Assembly: GCF_001186125.1 (NCBI RefSeq) | Contig: NW_014039997.1 | Span: forward strand, 1 to 36,997 | Length of the DNA stretch: 36,997 nt | Direction: 5' to 3' | Origin: Sphaeroforma arctica JP610 | Taxonomy: Eukaryota | Shown here: positions 1 through 20,043 of the stretch, piece after piece | Position numbering within the stretch: the stretch's first letter is position 1 | How the letters are laid out: every line of letters starts with the position of its first letter | Notes under the pieces: model-generated | Database searches by the model: none | The model's input: only the letters and a program-made list of their open reading frames with translations | What the model was told of the DNA's origin: nothing | Program-made: the position numbers and the translations under genes

Positions 1-148
1 GTATGTATGTATGTATGTATGTATGTATGTATGTATGTATGTATGTATGTATGTATGCATGTATGCATGCATGTATGTATGTATGTATGTATGTATGTAT
101 GTATGTATGTATGTATGTAGATATATATACGTGTGTGTGTGTGTGTGT
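1..148. repeat. (GTAT)n microsatellite followed by short (GT)n
   Basis: Directly visible tandem GTAT units 1-118 and GT units 131-148. Confidence 0.97.
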
Positions 149-1626
149 CAGTATGCACGTACAGTATTTTTAATACAGCCTGCAAGGGTTGATTACCCGA
201 GATAACAAGCGCTCTCAGCTCATTTGACTTGTATTCCGGCCAGGTACATCTCGACAGGTACACATAGACCAGTCCATAGTCCGCAAAGGCCCATATACTG
301 AGGGCCAGAGCAACACCGTACCAACCTACCGATTTTACCATCACGATCTTTTGGACTGTATATACATACACTAGTATGTGTATGTGATATACTAGATGGA
401 ATAACAGATATACAAGGCTGCATTAGGTTCTCACTTTGATATTCTTGTCATATATGTGTGGTTCCGAGACCCCCCGCTGCAAACCTCATATTTGGTTCAT
501 TAGTAATTTATGGTTGGTGCTGGACAATATGCACTGTTGCGTGTATACAATGTACAATTTCTATTATCGAGACCCTTTTTGAAACAACATCAAGAGTCTT
601 TTACATACACATAGTTATATACACATAGCTTATCACTTCAAATCAAATGACATATATAGTGACACACACTCGAGAATGTGTACATATTTTGACTTCGTGG
701 TACAATAGCCCTCTCAATTTGACTAATACACCTGATATTTATCTCCTTTTTTTTTGAAGTTAAAAACAGAATTCTAAGTCTAAGAAGGCCCATATACCGT
801 CTGTAGTAGGGCGTAGGGCCGTAGTCCCCCACATTTTCGAGTAAATTGCCATGACGATTCACGAATAAATAAAGGCCCAACCCATGACGTCATTTCTTTT
901 TGTACCCCATGCAGTAAACGTTGAACGGCAACGCAAAATTTAAAATTCTGGAATACATAATGTTCGTGTGTAATTATGTAAATATAGTGTTAATAGGCTG
1001 CTATTTTTTAATTTAAAAAAACGGGATTTAATCGTTATAACGAGAATTGGACTGCTTTCGGCCCAACACAATAAACAAATAAATCGTACCCTCTGACGGT
1101 CTGACCTCTGTTACTGTAACTCATGGAGTCATGGACTGCTTAGGGCCATAGGCCCTTTGTGCACATAAAGGGCGCGAAAGCAATGGCCAATTAAAAGGCA
1201 ATACTCAATGAAAGAAGCATAATGAAATAATGATGCATTTATTTTGAAAACTTGTGTGAATATATAATGTATTTACATAGCCGCATTGTATAATTCAGAA
1301 GACTATGATATTTCGACTTCATGTTTCTTTTATGTACTACAACAGTGGCTAATATGCATATAAAGTATCTATGACATATGTGCGTATATACAGATCATCT
1401 GAAATATACTAATTGCAATTGTTTGTACCATATATTCCCGTCTCAAGTAATAATCACCACTGAGACCAACATTGCCCCGCAATGCATGCCACATTTATAT
1501 AGTTTAAATTAAGTAGCGGTAATTGATACTATAGTTACATATTAAAGACTTCGATACACAACAATAACGACATTAACAGCATTAACTCACGGACCTGCAC
1601 TATAATATACAACAATACAAAGCAGC

Positions 1627-9446
<7,820 letters not shown>

Positions 9447-11077
9447 CCTCAGCTGTGGTCTACTGAGGTGTAGACTCTTCCCGTCTCCGAGTAGTACGTA
9501 GGATCGTGAGCCTTCATTACAGCAAACACAAATTACACAATAGATTTATCAGAGCGTAAACCAAAACACGCTCTAGCAAATATCAGAAGAGCCGAATGAG
9601 GGCCACACAGACACCGCCCATTCGTATAAGGACAGCAATTTAGGCCAAAAAAAAAAATGTCAAATGGGAATACCAAATAAGGTCGCTTGCAACACTTGCA
9701 TCCAGCACGGTAAAATTGCGCAACTGCAATGGAAGAATTCAAACTGAGTCAAGCAACGACTGGGCGAGAGCTTAGAACATTAGGATCAGGAAAATGTCAG
9801 TTTCTTCAGAGTCTGACAATCTCATACAGTCCGCAATACGAAGGCGAGATAATCTCACACACTCCACAATTTATGGGTGAGATTACTACCAATCAAAAAG
9901 AGTGAATCAATACACAAAATACGATGTATACAGCCTCATAGACCATACATGGGCCCACTTAGTCTCAATCCACCTACTCGTTGGATAACACAGTCATCGA
10001 GCCTGAACCAAAAAATATAGTCATCAGTACAAACGCCAGATAGAGTCCCACGAATACAGTCGGCTCCCAGAGGTGTGAAAGAAGCTTATCACTACAGCTG
10101 AAGACAAAAAATATTCTGCACGATGATTATGCTAAACAAGGCGTGTGTGAGTATTTCTCGGCCCGTTTCGGCCGTAGGAATCATCAATTCCAAGTATGTT
10201 ACGTACCTTCGCGATACTTTACTGCGATAAAATATATCATAACGCCATACAGCGATCGATTCGAGAAACCCGGTGTTGTTTTTTCGTAATACATTTTTTA
10301 TTGGTCTCGAGAAATTAGAATGTCATTGATTTAAATTGATATGTAGACCAACTGCACGCGAATCCACCCCTGAGCAAAATGCAACATATAAATATGTTGT
10401 TGCGTGGAACATTGTGCTAAGACTAAGATTCATTTGATCCTCACGTATATCATTTCCGAATAATTAAACTTTTGCACATTATAAACATCTTGTAGGTACG
10501 TCCTATCTCACAGATTGATACCGTAATATTTTTCCACGCATTGCCGGACGAACATCTGACCTCTCGTATCCAATATATCGCTTCAAAGGAAGATGAACGA
10601 GTGTGAACTTCTACACCTAAATATTTAATAATTGCTAAGAACAATCGCACAGATATGACAATGTTGAGCAAACAAATCTACAAATGGGGTGCAAAAGTAC
10701 AACAAATGCATATTTATTTTAATAGCTAGATGCTTGTTCGTATATGACTGAATAGTGTTTTAAACAACAAGAGGGTGAAAGTATATGCACGTGCACATGC
10801 AAAATAGGTTGAGTGCACCGTCATATTTGTGGGGGAGTTTATGCATGTTTTAATTCCTTGCGTGCTATCGTTTTTAAGAATATTACGAAGCCAGACAAAC
10901 TGCTGCTTTATAAGCATGTAATTTATTTTTGAATAATTAATTTCATACTCTATGACTATCCCATATATTTTTTAAAGCTACTGCATACGTTTATAAAAGC
11001 CTGTGAAATAAATTATGTAAAGTTAGATATGAGTTTTGATTTCACAACTCTCGGCTGGCATCTGAGGAAAATTGGGA

Positions 11078-11256
11078 CATTGAAAGGTAGATATCATCTT
11101 ATACAGATTGATCATGAGTCTCTAGAACCACTCTGCTCTTCATCGGTATCGCCAAATATGATTATTGTAAGGACTTATCGTACATGGCTGATAATAAGAA
11201 TCATTTCGCTACCTTTGATGCTAAGTACCTGGAGAAATTTCTGAACCGGGAATTTG
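11078..11256 (+). repeat. Dispersed direct repeat, copy 1 (~180 bp); possible DNA-transposon relic
   Basis: CATTGAAAGGTAGATATCATCTTATACAGATTGATCATGA... also occurs at 12742. Confidence 0.85.
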
Positions 11257-12741
11257 AGCTATGGAGGATTTAGGGCGCTGGTGCTGAATATGTAAAACTG
11301 GTATTATTTGTACTTTTTATAACCACACAATACCTTTATTTCTAGTTGTGGCATATTAGTCAACGTTACGGGTGTTACTTCGTCGTGACGTTTGCAACGG
11401 AGCATAGAAACCCGTCAGAAATCAATTATCTCCCGCGCAGTAGAACGAGCCCCATTTAGAGCACAGATTTATAGAAACCAAAAGAGGCGATATTCGAAAA
11501 TTCGAAGCTCAAAACATTCGTTTTAGCCACCACTGCAATCATGTCCTTTAAATAGGGCCCAGTAAGCACTGTGCGTTGTTCCCGGGAAAGGCCACGCATT
11601 CAACATCGGCATTTGCTGATCTAAGTGAACGCGGCAGCAAAATAGAATACTATGACACTTACTATCATTAGTAAATCGCCACTGCCCTGTGTAAAATGCA
11701 CAGAGAGAGAACAAAACCTACTCAAAGACGTTTTCATCATGAGAGAACCGACACCAGAAAGTTCACAGCCGACACGCACAGATATATTGTAGTGATGCGC
11801 GTAGTGACTCGCTTTGATAGCTTTGGGTGTATACATATACAGATATACAAACTTTAATCCGCATGCATGTGAATTAATTTTGGCCCAGATGAAAAAGTGT
11901 GTGATCGTTTATTCTAGATTTGAGTAGTCTCGACACCATGCCAGTCATTTATATTCTAGGCCGCTCACATGCAGATGCGTGTACCCTTGCCAGTCATCGT
12001 TCCAGACAAGACCGCGTGGGGCCTCCACTGTTTCCTTCATACTGGAGCGAAGCCGCATATCTATACAAGAATGAATGAAGAGAATGGTTTTGCTCCACCT
12101 TGTGAAAAACACAGACCATACAACTCCTAGTAATATGAGGTCACACATGAACACTAACCAACAAGAAAATACCAAGAGGGGACATGTAATGAGCATAGAA
12201 AGCGTTTACCCAGTGCAAGGGACAACGTATCGTCACAGGGAGTCTCAACTTCAAGGTCGCAGCCGGAGCTTCAAATGGGAGCTACCAGTCAACAGAAGAG
12301 TATAAGCTATACTCAAGTCTCTATAGATGCCTCTTATGGTATCTTCACACGCCAATGTCTGCTAGAGTTGATGAGAATCAGCATTTAACTGAGACTCAAC
12401 AACGATGCGGAGTCGAATGGCAAGGTCTGTAGATTTATTGCAGAATAATTACGCAAGTACTGAAGCAGAAAAGTATTAAGCAATAAAGCAAATGCTGACA
12501 CAAAAGAGAATATAGAACAACCAAGCGTAAATCATATGTGAATGCTTTGCGTAATTTAAATGTATGAGGAATTCCCAAGTGTTAGGGTAAGTACGGGAAC
12601 CAACCCACACGACATGTATATCAAAGGCGGATATGCTGCTGCGATCCATTTGAATATATATGGGTTCGGGTTTAAATAGTTTGGTCAGGTTTTATTTGAT
12701 ACGTTATAGCAAGACATTCTTTGAATGATCGATAATAGGGG

Positions 12742-12936
12742 CATTGAAAGGTAGATATCATCTTATACAGATTGATCATGAATCTCTAGAACCAACCACT
12801 CTGCTCTTCATCGGTATCGTCAGATATGATAGTTGTAAGGACTTATCCTACATGGCTGACAATAAGAATTGTTTCGATAGCTTTGACGCCAAGTACTATC
12901 TCGAGCAACTGGATAAATTTTTACACCGAGAATTTG
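12742..12936 (+). repeat. Dispersed direct repeat, copy 2
   Basis: Aligns to 11078-11256 with substitutions and small indels. Confidence 0.85.
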
Positions 12937-14559
12937 GAAAGTGCGAAACCAATCGTAAGCTGTATTCTATTTTTTCCGGGGGAAGGGGAGGGAGGGAGGG
13001 AGGGGGTTAAGTGTTCGAACTCAGTTGTACCCAAATCACTCGCCTGCTCCAAGCTGAGGTCGGCTTTGTTTCGCCGTTATCCCTGGTTCTGGTGTCGAGG
13101 TGCCTTATTCTTTCCAAAGCTGATATTATTTTTGCATATCACCTTTGTTATTTACATTACTAGACCTTTTTCTTTATTTTTTCGCAAATAAAATGACTAT
13201 TCACTGCTACTAGGTTCCATATTGTCCTCAATTTAGAAGTGCATTCAAAACTTGCTTGTATCACAGCAACAAGTAGTAATTTCGAAATGCACATGGCGTT
13301 CACTCAATAATCTCAAGAATGCAGTCCTGGACATATGTATATACAACTACATATCTTGGGCGTTAAAAATAGTATTATCCACACACAGCCACGTCATTCG
13401 TAGTGTATATGTTTTTTCTCATTTAGTCATCGATATACGTTCAGCCTTGGTCTGCTTTCCATCGTACTGGAAGTACAGAAATATGGATTTCCTTAGTAAT
13501 CTTGCAGTGCTTTAATATATGTTTTCTGTTTCAGTAATAAATTATATTGCGACCAAGTGTGTGAACCTGTTGGTTTACATCATTTCACGTGATTGTAGTT
13601 TTTCACGTGCGTGGTTTATGATTTTAAAGACGCCGCACATGATTTGGGCCCTTACACACGTTAAAAATATATTTCGCCTCCTTGCACGCACTTTAAATGA
13701 GAGGGGGCAACAAATGCTCGTATTATTTGAACATAAATTTACGTATATCCAGCTTCGGGGCATGCACGAAAAATAACGATACTTGCATATTTAAGTATAT
13801 TGGGTACTTACAACGTAAAGTGCTTCCAAATAAAATTATCTCTCGTGTTGTTTGTCACTTATAGTGATATCAAGTACCTTAACGAGTTTGAAATGAAATC
13901 TTTTGCACTTGATGTAAGAATTTCGACTTAATTATATTCTCAACAAGCTTCGTGTTTTTTGAATCGCGCATACGTATTACTACAATCCCACTCGTATTCA
14001 TGCTGGCTAAATTTGTCGATATAAATTCGCCGCTATTCCCAAACAGTCCACCTCATAGCTTTTCAATTATTTATAGCAGTAGTTAGGCCACATGAGAATC
14101 CAGTTACTAATTTCTTAGACGGATGCACGGGGATACGAGGTGAAGATAAGCTGATATGCCGAAAAGATCTTTGGAATACGATGAGCTCAAATTCATGTTG
14201 TTTATAAACTTAGAAAATCCTGCTTTCAGGGATAGTCATTTTCACTCATTGCGATCTTCTTGGACATTCCAGCTTATATGTAGAGTCGATGATGCAACAA
14301 ACTTGAAATTAGTGATATTAAACGTGTCGACGACTAGAAGCAAAAATGTTGCTTAAGATCCATATTTATGTATTCTTGCTCTGCTCTAGCGGTCATCAGA
14401 ATGATCGATTGCTATTGAAAACGCTCCGCCTACGCCGATGTAGAATTAAGGATGTTCACTAGGAATGAAGCGACTGAGGGGGGGGGGTGATCAGTTATAG
14501 ACCATAAAAGGATCAAGAAAATTATTAGATCACCTCCCAATATACCACAAAAGAAGACA

Positions 14560-14655
14560 TTCAAAGTATAGGGATACACCGTATGCAAAAGTGTATCGGT
14601 ACATATGTGCAACGTAAAGGTCGGACGAAAATTGATGCAAAGTCCGCAAAAGGTG
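14560..14655 (+). pseudogene. Possible Ty1/Copia post-integrase (SH3-like) relic
   Basis: FKV*GY..YVQRKGRTKIDAKSAKG loosely resembles the Copia LRVFGC.AY....R.KLD.KS.K motif; short and degenerate. Confidence 0.3.
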
Positions 14656-16859
14656 GGCAAAAACGAGGAGTAGCAAACGCAGAGCAAAAAAGTAATAAGC
14701 AAGTAAATACTTTCTCAAGTGATCCCATGCAAAAGTATGTGCAAATGCAACACAAGTCTCAAATAAGGATGTGTATGCTCAAAATACCAAACCGACTCCA
14801 TTAGCGCATCATTTGCAACAAAGAAGGACGTCATGTAGAATAGAATTTCTGCGAAAAACAATCCTAGGGCATTAGCTGCTATGCCTAAATATGCACAACT
14901 ACAATTCTCAGCAGTGTTCTCCTATAGAGGAGCAATAGGCTGCCAGTAGATTTAGGCAGCAGTGCTCGGATTATAAGACGGGAGTATTATCAATTCGATA
15001 TTTAATTTATACGCACCAAGCAGCAATACAAGTCACCAAGCAGTAATACAAGTCCTACTTGATGCGATCACAGCTTCAAAATAGTGAAGCTTGTTGTCGA
15101 CAAAGATACACCATAACGAATGGGTTCTCCCTGTAGTCAACAAAATTGAGACTTGACTGCAGTCAAGTAATGACTTGACCGAATTAGCCCAGCGTCCACG
15201 GTAGAGTTCCCAGGACATACATTAATATTGTTGTGGATGCATCTGAGGAGAGGCTGGGGTGTGGAAATCCGGGCCTGCTGCTTAGCCATGTTGATGTTCT
15301 GTTTGTAAGTATGCGTAACACAAGCAAGGCGATGTCTTCTCTGTGTCCTAGTTAATGTTTTCAATGATGGCGAGGTTGCCAGTTGATTGATGAACCTCAG
15401 AAAAGGCGGCAACCTTTCTGTACGTATGTGGATGAGTATTGTTGTTAGTCATGTTACTAAGGTTGTTCGATACGAAATACTGTAGTTTTTGTTAGGCATT
15501 GTCAGTTGTTGAACATTGTAAAACACTTCTCTTTCTTTGTAGTGGGTATTCTGGTATTCTGCATCTAGCAGGACGCCCGTCCTTAGCCTACTATGTACTA
15601 TCGGCTACAAAGATGCCAAACTTATCAAATGTTGATCGAATCTTTTTCTGAGTTGATCTCGTACATTGCTGACCAGTGGACAAAGCAGCAGTCGTTTGCC
15701 CATCGTGCAAAGCTATGTTTGTCTGGGTTTAGTGTCTTGAGGGCTACTGTCTAATATCGATATGTATATTTCTAGTGAGCTGACCAGTACAAATGATAGA
15801 CAGAATTCAAACAAATAATTATTTTTTATTGAAACCCGAGAAGTAATTGTATGTCGTTAGGGTGTGCGCATAACTTTAAATATGAAAGCTCTGATTGATA
15901 TCGACAACGCTTAGATTCACTCCTGGATGTGCATCTCTTATTAAAAGCGTTTCCGCCTTGCTTCTTCTTCTTCTTTAGGTTTATAAGGTCGTTGATTTTT
16001 CTACCCTTTGTTTCATCCTTGTTTCTTTAGTTATCTGACTAACTGTGGGCATAAATGGTAGTATACAAATCCCTGCCCAAGTAGTTCTGTGTAAGTGAGC
16101 CAATGGTTGTACCATTTCTTGCGTCTTGGTTAGTAGTTTTCAATCAAGTTCGTTTTCATAAACTAAAGGGCGTGCGACTCGTTAAAATACTGTTTTCGTT
16201 TCGATCGTTTGCCTACATCCAATGAATGCACTATGTTCAACAATTTGAAGACGAGAATATTTAAATGTATAACCTTCGAGTGATCAGGTAAGTTTTGCTA
16301 GGTTGGGACCAATGATATTCCGTATAGAGGCGGTAGCTATTTATAGCGTAGCGCAAGTTTGTTGTTTCAATCGTGTAGGTCTTTCTTGTACACGAATTCT
16401 CCGTGTGTGGAGCGTTCTGTGTGTTTATTTACTTACGCATAGAGTATTCGTGCTTCATGCGCCATTGCGGTTGAAGTTGATACATGCTTTCTTCTCATCT
16501 CCTGATCTTGATTCACCCTTGCCACCTCGGCCGAAGATGCAATAGTTTGAGCATATCTTGTATGTGCAGTAGATCTTGCTTACTTTACAGGTGTGATAGT
16601 GGCTAGCAGCGTCTCGATTGACGTGCTTTGTAGAACAAAAAGAACACTATCATCAGATCTAGAATAAAACTACAATTAGGTACCAATAATGGCGCACCCC
16701 AGGAACAGTCAAGTGATAGGTGTCAAAGGTGTCAAATATACTCACCAAAATATGTCATGTCTAAAACACTTACGTGTGAACGCACATGCCTAGAAAGTGT
16801 ATGTGCATATATAACCCTCCATATATGGTGGAATGAAGCTACTCTACTTACAAAAAAGT

Positions 16860-17545
16860 ACACAGACACAAGGGGTAAATTACGATGAGACATTTGCACC
16901 CAAGTATTTACCTGCTCTCATGAGACTCTCTGTGGTCAAAACCGAATAACGCTCAGTAAAGAGCTTTTAAGTCTGAAATAAGACTCAGTCAGAAAGTGAC
17001 ATTGGGAACGGCGCGTCTGCTATATATATTAATCACGATCCTATGTGGAACAAGACTCTCTCTACCATCGGGTGATGTGAAGATACCCGTGTATATGGTT
17101 TCGGATGAGTCATCACTTCTATCTCATTAAAGTCTCTATTCCACTAATCGGTCCGGTCCTCTGGTCCGGACCTCAAATAATCACCCAGGTCCGGTCCTCT
17201 AGTCCGGTCCTCTGGTCTGGACCTCAAATAATCACCCAGGTCCGGTCCTCTAGTCCGGTCCTGGATTCCTCTCTTGCAGGTCCGGTCCTCTGGTTCGGTC
17301 CTAAACTTCTCTCTCAGGTCCGGTCCTCAGGTCCGGTCCTAAATATCCACCTAGGGTACTTTATCAGCCACACAAAGGTGGAACGTTGAACAGATGTAGG
17401 CTGATACGGCCTACCATTACGCAGACTTGGACGAACCGATCTTCATACGTCCCCCAAAAGGCTCCGGTACTGTAGGGCTCCCAGAAGACTTCATTGTGTC
17501 CTTTAAAAGAGCATCTACGGTCTCAAACAGGCAGGTCGCCTATAT
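16860..17545 (+). pseudogene. Ty1/Copia reverse transcriptase N-terminal fragments, interrupted
   Basis: TQTQGVNYDETFAP at 16860-16901; WNVEQM*ADTAY...LDEPIFIRPPKG and frameshifted KSIYGLKQAGR at ~17378-17540. Confidence 0.85.
17150..17342. repeat. GGTCCGGTCCTCT-based minisatellite with a ~51-bp higher-order unit
   Basis: About ten GTCCGGTCCT-like units; CAAATAATCACCCA spacer occurs twice. Confidence 0.9.
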
Positions 17546-17699
17546 CAAGTTAAAGCTCTTAGGGAAAATATTATTTATTTCAAAAGAGATAAGTTACAAT
17601 GTATGTACATATTGTATGGCTCTCATAGCCATTGTAGTGGTACGGGATGATCGATGAGAAGAAGTGGTCAGTAAATTCCCATTTGAAACTTGGGCCAAG

Positions 17700-18245
17700 T
17701 GAGTCGACGATCGAGAATATGCGCTTGGACAATTCAGGCCGGTGCTGACAAAAAACTGACACCATCGAGTGTGCCACGTATTCGCTTGCTGACCTACCAA
17801 GTAGTGTACCCACCTCTGTGGTACGGATTTGGTCGGCACCGTGTAGTGCCGTGGAATGGGATAGTGCAAATTACGAAACACCGAGTAGGACCAGGTTATC
17901 CATCATAATTCGGTTGAGGAGCGAGGTTGGGGGTAAACCAATGCCGCATCAGACCATGGATACACTCGGCATGTGCAGGTTGGCCTGGATCGGAAGTATC
18001 ATAGGCGGAACCAACAAGCGCGATGACCAAAATTTGGAAGTAGTACTTCAACAGCGTGTTTAGCCGGGGAATGAGGAACATCTGCTGATGTGTTAGAGAC
18101 GGGTGGGGGTACTGGGATTGTTCTGCATGCCGGAGAAAGGATCCAAGGTGTTCGTGGAGGGTCCAGATGCCGTGGAAGTCGTGGCACTCCTGTAATTGCT
18201 GGAGGAGGTCAGGGCCAATGGGAGCGTCGGATTAGTTGTTGGATG
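17700..18245 (-). mobile_element. 3' portion of the LINE-like element, continuing from 26763 across the solo LTR
   Basis: Removing the solo LTR and one GATG TSD restores LCLACPGSYKFTTSHFAC|IQQLI, a C-terminal CCHC-like motif; left boundary approximate. Confidence 0.55.
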
Positions 18246-18410
18246 TGTAAGTTTCGGTCTATTAAGGCGATATTAACGCCTCAGAGTAAATAAACGCTTA
18301 GGGTAAGTCTAAGTATATCAAAATTTAAAAGTAAATAACCGAAATGAGTCTTTTAGTAAAGTTAGGTATACCTCGTGAAAACAGCAATACTCTGAGGGAT
18401 TGTGAGGCTG

Positions 18411-18494
18411 AGACATTGCCTATATATAATCCTCTCAGTACTGTTTTCGCCCAGACATTGCCTATATATAATCCTCTCAGTACTGTTTTCGCCG
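18411..18494. repeat. 42-bp tandem duplication inside the solo LTR
   Basis: AGACATTGCCTATATATAATCCTCTCAGTACTGTTTTCGCC occurs twice; single copy in the 31996-32750 LTR. Confidence 0.9.
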
Positions 18495-18611
18495 AAGGGA
18501 TTTTATTTAGCGCTTCGTTGTCGCTCTATTATATGTTTCGTTTGGGCGAATCCGAGAGACTCATAAAATCCTATCTTTAGAAAGAAAAGAAAAAAAAGAA
18601 AAAAATACTCT

Positions 18612-19333
18612 TGTTGTGCGCTGTAAATGTATTAATAGTGCGCTTAAGTTTTGCATAAGAAAACTACTGTCAAGTGATAAAAACCTAGTTTATTCGCGTT
18701 CAGTCTAATATACGTGTTGTTACTCACGATAGAACTGAACTTATATTATTGTAAGAGCTTCCTTTTATACGTAAGCTCATAACTGTGTAGCTTAGTACTA
18801 AGGTTCCAATGCATCACAATAAAGAGATGTAGTCCAACAAAGGTACAAGTACTTGCCGATCCCCTCCCATCTCCGCCTCACTAGGGAAAAGGCGACAAGG
18901 CATGCATGTGGCACAAGCTTCCTTCCTCCACGTATGCCTTATACACCAATGATGCGTGCCTCCATAGGTATACATGTGCCTTGACACACATATACTGAAT
19001 CTGATCCATCTCTCACTTACTAGCACGTGCTGACATGCGCTACATAGCTTCCCTAGGCCTAACAGGCACACCGTGCCCCTCCCTATTACGTAGCATTGCG
19101 CTATACAACACGCGCCAGGATGTCATCGCGTAAAACATGAAGACTTGGAACTGTAAACCCTCTAACTTAGGAAGCTAAAGAATAAACTAACTAAAACCTA
19201 AGTTTATCCTCACAAACTTGGTTTATCCAGCAGTTTTTAACCAAATATTTTAGGGAGACATTTGCATCCTAAATTTACTCTTTCAGGGCCAAAAGTGACC
19301 TTGCTCCCAGTTTAAGGGCTACTGCGCCTTACA
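18612..19333 (-). repeat. 3' LTR of Gypsy-MT (722 bp)
   Basis: Near-identical to 25641-26361 (~26 differences by manual count); weak purine-rich GAGAGGCG immediately upstream on the - strand. Confidence 0.95.
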
Positions 19334-20043
19334 CGCCTCTCGGATGTGGCCAACTAAAATGTGAACATAAAAGTTGCAAAAGCCGACACGTAGTAACCAC
19401 AAACAGATGTAAATCATGCACACAGCCGTGTACCAACATCCAAATCACATCATAACCGGCCGTAAAAGACCATGGAATTCAACAAGGCCGCCCTCATTAC
19501 ACCACTAAAAGGAACTGAAACTGCACATAAAAACAAAACAAGGGATGAACCTCAATCACCCATAGTAATCACTTCCATGCTGTATGCAAAGATGAATCAC
19601 AGCATCACCAACAACTGCTATATCCATCACCAACAACTGCTATATAGGTGAGCGTTTCCTTCCAACAATCCAGTACATCACGTACAATTACTGAACCATT
19701 GAGCGCACACATGACTTACTATAGGCGCACCCTCTATGACCCTCACCCTTGGAGCGAAACTAGCGAAAGCCAGGTGTGACATAGTGATGCAAATGACACC
19801 TGGATGGAGCCATGGATGAGTGCGGCGTTCGACCACGACCCCCGCAATCCCCCAGACTATGTCCCATTTCAATGGGACTCTACTTACAGTCATGAGGGCA
19901 ACCTCAGGCGTTATACGGCCTTCGAACACATGATGGAGAAGACATATAGACAACATCCACCCGTACCATGGTGTGCACGCGAAAACAAAGGGAAGTATCA
20001 CGACAATGGAGGAATATTTCGACTTGCAGCACTATGAGAGGAT

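Noticed and set aside
11..205. 64-aa ORF of MYVC repeats
   Set aside because: Translation of the (GTAT)n microsatellite
884..1175. ATGACGTCAT (CRE-like) palindrome, GGCCC motifs and a small hairpin at ~1152-1173 upstream of flotillin
   Set aside because: Short motifs expected by chance; no TSS evidence
15033..15412. - strand ORFs with a faint integrase-like flavour
   Set aside because: Too degenerate to assign; no intact catalytic motif
9500..16600. Numerous 60-120 aa ORFs
   Set aside because: No recognisable domains or consistent splice structure; treated as intergenic or decayed repeats
17150..17342. CRISPR-like array
   Set aside because: Units are short and irregular, linkers repeat, the context is eukaryotic and there are no cas genes
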